Shown piece by piece: positions 51,497 through 60,251 of a stretch of DNA of 64,000 nucleotides. The DNA is taken from the NCBI GenBank assembly GCA_964549965.1, contig CAZJXG010000002.1, forward strand, positions 1,027-65,026, read 5' to 3'. Position 1 is the stretch's first letter; every line of letters starts with the position of its first letter. The position numbers were made by a program, and so were the translations under genes. The notes beneath the pieces were generated by a model that was not told the origin of the DNA, did not search any database, and was given only the letters and a program-made list of their open reading frames with translations. The stretch is from an uncultured Sphingomonas sp. GTDB lineage: Bacteria > Pseudomonadota > Alphaproteobacteria > Sphingomonadales > Sphingomonadaceae.

Positions 51497-52420
51497 ATGA
51501 GTGGTTCGCGACAGGCTGCGGCGAGAATGATCGGCGTCGTGGCACTGGGCATGCTCATATCGGGCTGCACGACCACGCGGGTAGGGACCGACCGGCTGGC
51601 CGAACGCGATCCGCTGGAAGGCTTCAACCGCGCGATATGGGCAGTCAATCGCGGCGCCGATAAGGTCGTCGTCAAGCCGGTGACGCAGGTCTATCGCGCG
51701 GTCGCACCCAAGCCTGCGCGCGATGGCGTGCGCAACTTCTTCGCCAATGTCACCGAGCCCTTCTCCTTCATCAACAATATCCTGCAGGGCCATGGGGATC
51801 GCGCGATCCGCAACCTCGGCCGGTTCGTTGTCAACACCACGATCGGCATCGGTGGCCTGTTCGACCAGGCCTCCCGGATAGACATCAGTCCAGCGCCCGA
51901 GGATTTCGGCCAGACGCTCGCCGCTTGGGGCGCGAATGGCGGCCCCTATCTGATGCTGCCCCTGCTCGGGCCATCCACGCTGCGCGATGCCGTCGGCCGG
52001 GGAACCACGCTGGTCGCGGATCCCTATCGGGTCTGCGTCAACCGATGCGGCCTGCCCAACGGCGTGCCGCTCGCCCTGACAGCGGCCGAAGTGATCAGCA
52101 CCCGCGACGGCCTGATCGAAACCGGCGCCGACAGCTTCCTGGAGTCCAGCCTCGATCCCTATGCCGCAGCGCGGTCAGCCTATCTGCAGCGCCGTCGCGC
52201 CGATATCCTCAACCGCGATTCAGCCGATATGTCTCTGGATGGCGGCGAGGGCGCGAATCCCGCGATCGACGATGCCATGTCGGCCGCCGACGCAGATGCA
52301 GGAATTCCGGGGAACGATACGGCTCCGTCCACTATCGATACCCCCCCTCCAGAGGCACCGGAAACGGCGCCGAACGGCCCCGAAACGGCTGCTCCCGAAG
52401 CCTCGAAGCAGCCGAATTAA
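51497..52420 (+). CDS. mlaA: MlaA/VacJ family lipoprotein
   Basis: Lipobox LISGC and DPLEGFNRAIW...NFFANVTEP. It has a Pro/Ala-rich C-terminal tail. Confidence 0.85.
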   Translation: MSGSRQAAARMIGVVALGMLISGCTTTRVGTDRLAERDPLEGFNRAIWAVNRGADKVVVKPVTQVYRAVAPKPARDGVRNFFANVTEPFSFINNILQGHGDRAIRNLGRFVVNTTIGIGGLFDQASRIDISPAPEDFGQTLAAWGANGGPYLMLPLLGPSTLRDAVGRGTTLVADPYRVCVNRCGLPNGVPLALTAAEVISTRDGLIETGADSFLESSLDPYAAARSAYLQRRRADILNRDSADMSLDGGEGANPAIDDAMSAADADAGIPGNDTAPSTIDTPPPEAPETAPNGPETAAPEASKQPN

Positions 52421-52560
52421 CTACCGGAACAAGAGACATTGCATCGCACTGCGCAAAACTGTAAGAAGTCCCAGCCTGTTTCGGGGGGAAACAAGCCTGA
52501 ACGTGATTGGAATCGTTCGAGCCACTCTCTTTCTTTAATTCACTTCCGGAGAATTCGATC

Positions 52561-52758
52561 ATGAAGAAGATCGTTGCCCTTTCGCTTATCGCCGCCGCTT
52601 CGTTCTCGCTCGCTGCTTGCACGCCGAAGGCTGAAGCTCCTGCCGAGAACAACACCGCGGTTGTCGACAACGCCGCTGACGCGATGGCTGACACCAACGC
52701 CGCGATGGTTGATTCGAACGCGGCTGCTCCGGCCGACAACGCTTCGAACGCGATGTAA
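52561..52758 (+). CDS. small Ala/Asn/Asp-rich lipoprotein
   Basis: 65 aa with lipobox SLAAC and the low-complexity repeat NAADAMADTNAAMVDSNAA. Two hairpins follow it. Confidence 0.6.
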   Translation: MKKIVALSLIAAASFSLAACTPKAEAPAENNTAVVDNAADAMADTNAAMVDSNAAAPADNASNAM

Positions 52759-52799
52759 TTGCGCCGATGGCCGCCTAGCGGCCATCGATCAAAGACTAA

Positions 52800-52828
52800 G
52801 GCCGCACCCCCCCGGGTGCGGCCTTTTT
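52800..52828 (+). terminator. rho-independent terminator
   Basis: GGCCGCACCC-cccc-GGGTGCGGCC followed by TTTTT. It is preceded by a second perfect hairpin, GATGGCCGC-cta-GCGGCCATC (52766-52786). Confidence 0.85.
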
Positions 52829-52871
52829 CTTTGTCCGGGACCTTCCGTCGCGGGCCGAAATAGCCCGGAAA

Positions 52872-53660
52872 TCAGCGGAAAAGCGGCTGGCTGACGATGG
52901 CTTCCTCGGCCGAACAGGCCTGCACCGACGGTGCCGTTCCGGTCCGCTGAAGCGCGAGCAGCTCGGCCCGTGCGGCGACCACGGCGTCGGCATAGCTCTG
53001 CTCGGTACGCACCACCGCCATGGTCGCACCCGCGACCATCTGGCCGGCCTCGACCGCGCTCATGCTATGTGCGCCGCAGACGATCCGGCTTTCGCCATAG
53101 GCCCGCCCCCGCGCGAGGATAGGGGCAGCCCGCTCGTGCAGTATCTCGGCGAGGATCAGGCCCCAGGTCCACCCCTTGGTGGCGGTTCCCGAGGGATAGT
53201 CGTAGCTCATCGCCAGTTCGTCGGTCTGCGGCTCGCAGATCTCCCCCGAATCGAGCAGGAAGGGTCGCTTCCTCTTGTAGAAGCTCCTCAGCTCATTGGC
53301 CTCGCGAGCGGTATCGCGCGATGCCTTTTCCAGCAACGCTGCCGTCTTGGGCGCATTGAGCGGGGTCATGGTGACGCGGGCGGCGCAGGCGAAGCCCCGC
53401 ATCATCGCGGCGGGATCGCCGGCAAGGTCGGCCACCGCCATGTCCCAGCGCGGCGTGCCCTTCAGCGAGCGGGTCAGCTTGAAGATTTCGCGATCGGCCA
53501 CGCCCCGCGCTTCCTGCGGGATCGGCGCCGGCAGCACGACATCGATCAGGGTGAGGTAGCCAGCGTCCAGAAAGGCATTCGCCCCGGGCGCCGCGGCCAC
53601 CACCAGCCCCAGCGCGCCAGCCAGCGCGGCAACCTTCCCGACACGGCTCCATGCTTGCAT
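52872..53660 (-). CDS. secreted class-A acid phosphatase (PAP2)-like protein with degenerate catalytic motifs
   Basis: Signal peptide present. KRKRPF, PSGT (in place of PSGH) and SRIVCGAHSMSA (Asp replaced by Ala). It lies downstream of the BY-kinase gene. Confidence 0.65.
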   Translation of the reverse strand: MQAWSRVGKVAALAGALGLVVAAAPGANAFLDAGYLTLIDVVLPAPIPQEARGVADREIFKLTRSLKGTPRWDMAVADLAGDPAAMMRGFACAARVTMTPLNAPKTAALLEKASRDTAREANELRSFYKRKRPFLLDSGEICEPQTDELAMSYDYPSGTATKGWTWGLILAEILHERAAPILARGRAYGESRIVCGAHSMSAVEAGQMVAGATMAVVRTEQSYADAVVAARAELLALQRTGTAPSVQACSAEEAIVSQPLFR

Positions 53661-53714
53661 AACAACTCCCCCGACCCGAAGATTGATTGCAGTCTGCCGC
53701 GGTGGCTGGCTGCG

Positions 53715-54500
53715 TCAATCGTTGTAATAGCCGCCGTAGCTCTTGCTGTAGCCATAGCCATAGCCATAATCATCAGCCACCAGTCCGGCATTGTAGCGGT
53801 TGAGCACGGTGCCGATGCACGGCGCCGGGCTGAGCAGACGGAAGCTGTCGCGGACCTGCTTGCGCGTCGTCACCCCGTCTTCGATGATCATCAGATAGGC
53901 ATCGATCTTCTGGCTGATGATGACCGCATCGTCATTGGCGAACACCGGCGGCAGATCGCACAGACAGATCGTCTTCTCCGGCAGCTGCCGCATCGCGGTG
54001 ATCAGCGAATCCATTCGCGGCGAACCGACCAGTTCGTCCGATGCCGCCGCATTGGGATAGCTTGGGAAGACAGTAAGCTGCTCATTCGGAATGGTCCGCG
54101 CGACCTGGGCCAGGTCGTTGATCGTACCGTCGAGGAAATGCGAGATGCCGACATCGCCGCTCAGCTTGAAATTCTTGGCTATGGTGGAGCGCCGCAAGTC
54201 GAAATCGAACAGATAGGTGTGAAGGTCAGGCGTGCGCGCCAGCGCCGCGGCCAGGTTGGACGCGACGAAGCTCTTGCCTACCTTCGGCGTCGGCGAGGTG
54301 ATGCCGATGATCTTCCAGCCTCGCGCCCGCGCGATACGCAACAGCTGCGCGCGCAGCAGGGTGAAGGGGCGCGAGCGGACATCCTTGCTGTCGAAGCCGT
54401 AGAGACCGCTTTCCCGCAGCTTGTCAAAGCCGGTGGCGCGGCCCGCGTCGCCGGCCAGCGGAAAGGCTGGCTCCCCGCTCTGCGGAGGATCGAAGCTCAT
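53715..54500 (-). CDS. CpsD/CapB-type bacterial tyrosine kinase (EpsG-like)
   Basis: Walker A ITSPTPKVGKS, Walker A' FDFDLRR, and a C-terminal Tyr cluster YGYGYGYSKSYGGYYND. Confidence 0.85.
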   Translation of the reverse strand: MSFDPPQSGEPAFPLAGDAGRATGFDKLRESGLYGFDSKDVRSRPFTLLRAQLLRIARARGWKIIGITSPTPKVGKSFVASNLAAALARTPDLHTYLFDFDLRRSTIAKNFKLSGDVGISHFLDGTINDLAQVARTIPNEQLTVFPSYPNAAASDELVGSPRMDSLITAMRQLPEKTICLCDLPPVFANDDAVIISQKIDAYLMIIEDGVTTRKQVRDSFRLLSPAPCIGTVLNRYNAGLVADDYGYGYGYSKSYGGYYND

Positions 54501-55951
54501 GCGCGCGCCGCCTTCCTGCGGCGGAACAGACCGCTCTTCTTCGCCTTCCGCGCCTTGCCGCGTATCTTGGGCTTGAGGGTCGGGATCACGACCAGCGGCC
54601 CGACGCCGAGCAGCGACTGGAGCGCCGCCGACCCACGGATGGGGCGCCGGAGCAGTTCGACCAGCAGGGCCAGCCCGAGGCCCAGGCCGATGCCGACCGC
54701 GAAGCCCCCGACCACCAGAAGTGTTCGGTTGGGCGAATTGGGTTCGTCGGGAAGGGTCGGCGGATCGACCAGCACCAGCCGTTCACCGCGCTGCTCGGCC
54801 GCCATTTTTTGCGATGCCTCCGCCGCGAGCAGGTTGCCGGAGATGCGCTCATAATTCGAGCGCAGGCCATCCGCCTTCGCTTCCAGCTGACGAATATTCT
54901 CCTCGATCAGCGGCGCCCCGCTCTGGGCGGCGATAGCGGTACTGACGCGAGACATGTCCGCCGTCTTGGCGGTCGTCAGCGACGCGATTGTTCGGTTGTT
55001 GGCGGCGATCTGGGCACTGATCGCGGGATTGTTGCGCGGGCCTGTATTGGCCTTGGCCGCAGCGCGGGCCTCGGTCAGCCGCTGCCTGGCGGCAATCACG
55101 TCGGGGTGATTGTCAGAATAGAGCGATTGAGCGGAGGCCAGTCCGGCTTCCGCCTGCTGGACCCGCTCATCGGCACTGGTGCTGCCGCTGTTCAGTCGCC
55201 CCTGCAACTCGGTATTCTCGCGCTGCAGCTGGGCGATCTGGACGTCGTAATTGGCGGTCGAGGGGATGAAGCCGCCGACCCGCGACAGCGCCAGCCCGTT
55301 GCGAGACTTGATCTCGGCGATCCGGCCTTCCAGTTCGGTGATCTGGCCCTGGATCTGCGACGACTGGTCACGCAGGAAGCCGACTGTGGCGTCGGCCTGC
55401 GCGGCGATCTGCGTGCTGTCGAGCTTGAGCAGCTTCTCGGTATATTGCTGCGTCACAGCCTGAGCCTTGGCCGGGTCGGAATAGGTGAAAGAGACCGAGA
55501 AGGCGATCGTGCTCGACGTGCCGCGCCGTTCGGCGAGCTTGTCGATATCGGCGGTCACGGGCGTGATGGCTGTGTCGCCGCGCATCATCTCGATGATGGT
55601 CGACAGCGAATTCCGGCGCCGCTGCGACGTGTAGAGATCATTTTTCTGGATCAGCTCGATCAGGCCCGGCCGGCTGAGGATCTGCTGCTTGATACGCGCG
55701 ATACGCTGATCGATCAGGTTGTTGACCGAGGTCGCGGCGATCGCCTCCGGTAACTCCTTCGATTCCACGACCACCGTCGCCGACGACTGATAATGTGCGG
55801 GCAGGCCGTAGGCCAGGCCGACGCCGGTCCCCATGCAGACCGCGAACGGAATGATGACGAACCAGCGGCGCTGGATCAGGATCTGTGGAAGATAAGCCAG
55901 CAGCCCGTCGGAAAGCTCGACGTCAGTGATCGTGTCGGCGAGATCGTTCAT
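54497..55951 (-). CDS. polysaccharide chain-length determinant (Wzz/GumC, EpsF-like)
   Basis: N- and C-terminal transmembrane helices flank a long coiled-coil periplasmic region. Overlaps the kinase start by 4 nt. Confidence 0.8.
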   Translation of the reverse strand: MNDLADTITDVELSDGLLAYLPQILIQRRWFVIIPFAVCMGTGVGLAYGLPAHYQSSATVVVESKELPEAIAATSVNNLIDQRIARIKQQILSRPGLIELIQKNDLYTSQRRRNSLSTIIEMMRGDTAITPVTADIDKLAERRGTSSTIAFSVSFTYSDPAKAQAVTQQYTEKLLKLDSTQIAAQADATVGFLRDQSSQIQGQITELEGRIAEIKSRNGLALSRVGGFIPSTANYDVQIAQLQRENTELQGRLNSGSTSADERVQQAEAGLASAQSLYSDNHPDVIAARQRLTEARAAAKANTGPRNNPAISAQIAANNRTIASLTTAKTADMSRVSTAIAAQSGAPLIEENIRQLEAKADGLRSNYERISGNLLAAEASQKMAAEQRGERLVLVDPPTLPDEPNSPNRTLLVVGGFAVGIGLGLGLALLVELLRRPIRGSAALQSLLGVGPLVVIPTLKPKIRGKARKAKKSGLFRRRKAARA

Positions 55952-57126
55952 CAGGGCTTCGGAAGGCGGACGGTGGCATACAGGCTCCCACCCAGGTCGG
56001 TTTTAACCGGGGGGCCGCCATAGACGTCGCGATAGAGCCCCTCGGCGCCGAGTGTGACCACCGGCGAGAGCTTCCAGTCGAGCCCGGCGCGACCGCTGAC
56101 ATATTGGCGGGTGCCGACGGTGTTCAACTGCGATGTGCTGCGCGCATAGCTGCCATTCCAGGTGACACCCACCCGCTCGCTGAGCGAACGGCGATAGCTG
56201 ACGCCGACCTGGGTACGCTCGACCGTGCCGCCTATACCCGATGCGCTGACCGAACGATCGGCGAAGGCGCAGAAATAATCCTTGGCGCCGGTATGGCACA
56301 GCTCGACCGAGGCCGCGAGACCGCGGGTGGTCCGGTCGTTTCCGGGCCCCGGAATGACCAGATCGCTGAACGAGACGCCAAGCGAGAGATCGAGCTTCCA
56401 CGTCGAGGCAAGCTGGGTCGAGAAGGTGACGGTCGGCTGCATGATCAGGGTGCTGAGACCCGGCGAATCATAGTCGATCCGATAGACCGATCCGCGTATG
56501 CCGACCTTGGAACGCGAATTGATCGCATGTTTCCAGCCGAGGCTGCCGCCGATATTGTTCGTGTCGGTGCCCGGCGGACCGCTGTCGTAGCGGGTCTGGG
56601 TATAGCCGGCATTGGCCGTGATGGTGTCCTTGGACGACGCCTGATATTCCCAGCCGCCGCTCGCAGAATAGGTATCCGCGCGGCGGCGCAGGCCGATCAG
56701 GTTGACGTCGATCGCGTCGGTCGGCTGGCCCGTGATCTGGTCGTCACCCTGGCCGATCACCTCGCTGTCATAGCGCAGCGATCCATATACGCTCAGCTTG
56801 GGCGTGATCCGCCGCTGCACCGAAAGCTCGCCGCCATATTCGTCGGAGCCGCCATAGCGCTTGAAATATTCGGTCCGGTCATAATGGCCGTCCAATATGA
56901 TCTGGCCCTTCGCATCCGCCTTGGTCAGACGCGGATTGACCGACACCTCGGCATAGGGCGAAGCGAGGTCGCTGCCCGTGCTCAGGAACGGATTCATGTC
57001 ATAGCCGAGCCGGACCTGGGTCTCGACGGTTAGCTTGGCCGGCCCCGCGAAGGCAGGCGAGCCGGCAGCCGCGATCGCGAGCGCCGCGATCCCGATCCGG
57101 GCGGAGGGGCGGAACCGGCGGATCAT
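55951..57126 (-). CDS. outer-membrane beta-barrel protein (EpsL-like)
   Basis: Signal peptide ...SPAFAG followed by alternating beta-strand pattern throughout. Translationally coupled to both flanking genes. Confidence 0.55.
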   Translation of the reverse strand: MIRRFRPSARIGIAALAIAAAGSPAFAGPAKLTVETQVRLGYDMNPFLSTGSDLASPYAEVSVNPRLTKADAKGQIILDGHYDRTEYFKRYGGSDEYGGELSVQRRITPKLSVYGSLRYDSEVIGQGDDQITGQPTDAIDVNLIGLRRRADTYSASGGWEYQASSKDTITANAGYTQTRYDSGPPGTDTNNIGGSLGWKHAINSRSKVGIRGSVYRIDYDSPGLSTLIMQPTVTFSTQLASTWKLDLSLGVSFSDLVIPGPGNDRTTRGLAASVELCHTGAKDYFCAFADRSVSASGIGGTVERTQVGVSYRRSLSERVGVTWNGSYARSTSQLNTVGTRQYVSGRAGLDWKLSPVVTLGAEGLYRDVYGGPPVKTDLGGSLYATVRLPKP

Positions 57127-57734
57127 GGGACTACCACCGTGTCACCGGGTTGCAGCTCGACGATGGCCCCCTGAAGGTCGGCCGCCGATGGCGATCCTTT
57201 CATCGCGGTATCAAGACGGACTTCGATCACCTGGATCTGCGCTCCATTCTTGCGGTAGATTTTGACCTTTGCCAGGTCGGCGAATTCAGTCGGCCCGCCG
57301 GCGACGCTGACCGCTTCCAGCACGTTCATATAATGGCCCGGAGTAAAGGCACCCGGCTGGCGGACCTTGCCGGCGACCGAAAAGGTGAGGCCACTGGGAT
57401 TCTTCACCGATACGGTCACGCGGGGCACGGAATTACGATACTGATCCGCCAGCCCGGCGACGATCACGCCTTCCAGGTCGGTCGGCAGCTTGTTGAGCGC
57501 ATCGATCCGCCCCACCAGGGGAAAGGAGACGCTACCGTCGGGCAGGACCTTGAGCACCCGCTGGAGCCGTTCGTCACCCCACACATATATCTCTATCTCA
57601 TCGCCCGGGTTGATCCTGTAAGGCTTCAGCGGGGCGGCGGCGCCGGGCGCGGGCGGCGGCGTGGCAGCGACGGCGGAGGCCGCCAGCAGGGCAGCCGCGC
57701 CGATCATGAAGCCAGCCTTGATCATCCCCCGCAT
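57123..57734 (-). CDS. polysaccharide export protein (Wza/EpsE family)
   Basis: Poly_export motif YRINPGDEIEIYVWG and an SLBB domain (VAGKVRQPG). Start at 57734 or 57725. Confidence 0.8.
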   Translation of the reverse strand: MRGMIKAGFMIGAAALLAASAVAATPPPAPGAAAPLKPYRINPGDEIEIYVWGDERLQRVLKVLPDGSVSFPLVGRIDALNKLPTDLEGVIVAGLADQYRNSVPRVTVSVKNPSGLTFSVAGKVRQPGAFTPGHYMNVLEAVSVAGGPTEFADLAKVKIYRKNGAQIQVIEVRLDTAMKGSPSAADLQGAIVELQPGDTVVVP

Positions 57735-58013
57735 ACGCGTCACTGCCCCAAACTCCCGGCCTTCCGGCTGCGCCGAAACCCGCCGGGCCGCGGTCATCGA
57801 CCGGCCACCCGACGCAGGTCCACAGCGCTGCTGCAACAAGTGCCTCAAAATCGCGGCGCTTGAAACAGAAAAAGCCTTCACAAACCGTGACTTTGCACAT
57901 GCTAACAATTGCCACACCGCGATCGTCGCATTCAGCGCCGCCATGCAGGTGAGTGCGCAAGGAGACGCAGCGTCCAGCCAGCGCGCTGTTCGGCCGACAA
58001 ATGCGTAAGACGG

Positions 58014-58346
58014 TGGTGCGGGCGGGGGGACTCGAACCCCCACAGGTCTCGCGACCTTACGGATTTTCTTACCACTTCGACTTTCGCCGCCGGGCCGGGC
58101 AGTTCCGGCACGTTCGTGGTCTGGACTATCCCTTCGCCCTATCCGCCATGCGGACGTAGGCGCTGCCCGTCTAGTCTCTACACCTTCCGCCGGAGCATGC
58201 TCCGCCGGCTTGGCTCGGGATCACCAGGAAAAGGCTTCCCCGAATTTGAGCAGTTCTGCACCGCCAGTTTCCCGGCGGGCACTCGATGCCGGAGTCCTGT
58301 TTCCCCGCTTCAAGTCCGTTGCGTCTACCAATTTCGCCACGCCCGC
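58014..58346 (-). tRNA. tRNA-Leu(UAA) gene interrupted by a group I intron
   Basis: 5' exon (58346-58312): GCGGGCGTGGCGAAATTGGTAGACGCAACGGACTT. 3' exon (58067-58014): AAAATCCGT + long variable arm GGTC-GCGA-GACC + GGGGGTTCGAGTCCCCC + CGCCCGC-A-CCA. The acceptor stem has 7/7 base pairs, the anticodon stem is ACGGA/TCCGT, and the anticodon loop is CU-UAA-AA. Confidence 0.9.
58068..58311 (-). ncRNA. group I (IC3-like) intron, 244 nt, no ORF
   Basis: Inserted after U34 and ends in G (...GGTAAG|AAAA). Core strings are CCCGAGCCAAGCC, GGAAGGTGTAGAGACTAGACGGG and GATAGTCCAG. These closely match my recollection of the cyanobacterial tRNA-Leu intron core (CCUGAGCCAAGCC, GGAAGGUGCAGAGACUCGACGGG, GAGAGUCCAA). 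Confidence 0.85.
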
Positions 58347-58413
58347 AGCGTCGCAGCCAGGTGCATAGCCACGCCTCCGCAGCCCGCCAAGCGCGAATCG
58401 CCGTCGCGCCGCC

Positions 58414-58692
58414 TCAAACGTTAAGGCGGACGCGCATTTCCTTGCCCGGCTTGAAATAGGGTACGCGCTTCGCCGAAACCGGCACTGTATCGCCAGTCCG
58501 GGGATTACGACCAACGCGAGCGCCGCGGCTGCGCGTAGAAAAGGCACCGAAACCACGAAGTTCAACGCGGCCACCCTCAGCAAGACGGCGTGTAATCGCA
58601 TCGAACACGGTGGCGACGATCTTTTCGACTTCTTTAGGCGAAAGATCGGGATTCTGCTGCGCCAGCAATTGTACCAACTCGGATCTGATCAC
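58414..58692 (-). CDS. ihfB: integration host factor subunit beta
   Basis: 92 aa: MIRSELV...[14 protein letters not shown]...[12 protein letters not shown]. Confidence 0.95.
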   Translation of the reverse strand: MIRSELVQLLAQQNPDLSPKEVEKIVATVFDAITRRLAEGGRVELRGFGAFSTRSRGARVGRNPRTGDTVPVSAKRVPYFKPGKEMRVRLNV

Positions 58693-58953
58693 GTAGCGAC
58701 CCCCTTCGGCGTCATGGTCAAACCGTCAAATGCTTTCTGGGCACCCGATAGCCGCCGCCATTGACAAAGCCTGCCCCATCAGGCCCGTTCGACTCCATCT
58801 AGCTATAAAAACACGCGTAAATCAATCGAAGTTAAGGATTTCGTCGAGCAGTCGCCCGGCTCCTCGTTCAGCCTTGCGACAGACAGCCCGTCGCAATAGA
58901 GGAAGCCGACGTCGCGGGATGGCTGATCGCCGCCCGTATCGAAAGGGTCCTCG

Positions 58954-59319
58954 ATGCTGAACCGCCTTGTGTTTGCCTCTGTTCTGACTGTCTCGCTCGC
59001 CATGCCCGCCTTCGCGGCACCGCTTCCCAAGCCGCCGATCTTCGGCGTCTGCGGTGCATGCCACAAGGTCGACAAGGGTGCGCCAAATGGCATCGGCCCC
59101 AATCTGTGGGGCATCGGCAATACCAAGGCGGGCGAAGTACCCGGCTTCGCCTTCTCGCCAGCGATGAAGGCATCGAAGATCAAATGGACCCGGGCCAATT
59201 TGATCGCCTATATTCAGGAACCGCAGAAGACGGTGCCGGGCACCCGCATGCCGTTCGGCGGCCTCAAGAACCCGACATCGGCGGCCCAGATCGCCGACTA
59301 TATCCTGTCGCTGAAATAG
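58954..59319 (+). CDS. class I c-type cytochrome (cytochrome c2/c552-like)
   Basis: Signal peptide, heme motif CGACH, and distal Met in GTRMPF. Confidence 0.85.
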   Translation: MLNRLVFASVLTVSLAMPAFAAPLPKPPIFGVCGACHKVDKGAPNGIGPNLWGIGNTKAGEVPGFAFSPAMKASKIKWTRANLIAYIQEPQKTVPGTRMPFGGLKNPTSAAQIADYILSLK

Positions 59320-59387
59320 CCGCGGACGCCCATCCACCGTCACGGGCGGCGGACGATGCCGGAGCGGCCGCCCGGACGGGCAGGAAC

Positions 59388-60158
59388 ATTCTGATCGTCG
59401 GCCACAGCCATATTCACGCCTTGCGCCAGGCGGCGATCCGCCGGCGCGAGACCGATCCGCTGTGGCCGCGCACGCGCACCATCTATCTGCTCGACCCGGC
59501 CTTCGCACCGGAGATGGACGGTGACGATTTCGGACCCGCGCTCAAGGCTGCGATCCGGGACCAGATCGCGCGCCACGATCCCATCGTCGCATCGGCGATC
59601 GGCGGCAACGCCCATGCCGCGTTCGCCATGATTCCCCGCGAGCGCTTCGACTTCGTCATTGATGGTGGTGAGACACTGCCGCTCGACGAAGGCGCCGAGA
59701 TCCGCACCGAAGCCGAGATGCGCCAGCGACTGGCGCCCTGGCTCGAACTCGAGATGCACCGGCTACGGCTGCTGCGCGCCGTGACGGGTCCGTTCTGGCA
59801 TCTGGAATCACCGCCGCCGGTGCGCAGCGCCGAATGGATCATGGCGCATGCGGAGCCTTATTTTACCGAACAGCCCGACTATCACAGCCTCGGCATCGCG
59901 GCCGCCGGCGTCCGCTATCGCTGCTGGCTTCTGGCCAGCCGGATGATTCGCGAATTGTGCGACGAGCTGGACTGCGCCTATGTCGAGGTGCCCCGCCACC
60001 TGCGCGGCGAGGCGGGTCTGCTGCGCCCATCGCTGGCCCGCGATTCCACCCACGCCCGCGAGCCGTTCGGAGAGGCCATGCTACAGGCCCTGGAAGCAGC
60101 GACGGCGAGCGCCGACACCGCCAATGGCTGTGCGACGGGTACGTCGCGCCCGGAGTAG
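59388..60158 (+). CDS. hypothetical protein (start unresolved)
   Basis: Strong coding bias from about 59385 (NILIVGHSHIHAL...). There is no in-frame ATG/GTG/TTG between the cytochrome c stop and codon APEMDG. The only upstream ATGs (59183, 59058) overlap the cytochrome gene. Confidence 0.5.
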   Translation: MLIVGHSHIHALRQAAIRRRETDPLWPRTRTIYLLDPAFAPEMDGDDFGPALKAAIRDQIARHDPIVASAIGGNAHAAFAMIPRERFDFVIDGGETLPLDEGAEIRTEAEMRQRLAPWLELEMHRLRLLRAVTGPFWHLESPPPVRSAEWIMAHAEPYFTEQPDYHSLGIAAAGVRYRCWLLASRMIRELCDELDCAYVEVPRHLRGEAGLLRPSLARDSTHAREPFGEAMLQALEAATASADTANGCATGTSRPE

Positions 60159-60251
60159 CCGACGGCGGGGTGAACCGCCGGGCCGCTGGTCTGGCTGCGC
60201 TCGCGCATCTTCCCGTCGACTTTCCCGCTTTCACCCGCTAGGGGCGCGCCC

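Noticed and set aside
53067-54854. 595-aa plus-strand ORF spanning the PAP2-like, kinase and Wzz genes
   Set aside because: It runs antisense to three motif-supported genes and is a low-complexity Arg-rich translation.
57909-58601. ORFs 57909..58424 (+) and 58221..58601 (-) over the tRNA/intron locus
   Set aside because: They overlap a clearly structured tRNA-Leu plus group I intron, show no coding periodicity or motifs, and the intron itself has no ORF of homing-endonuclease size.
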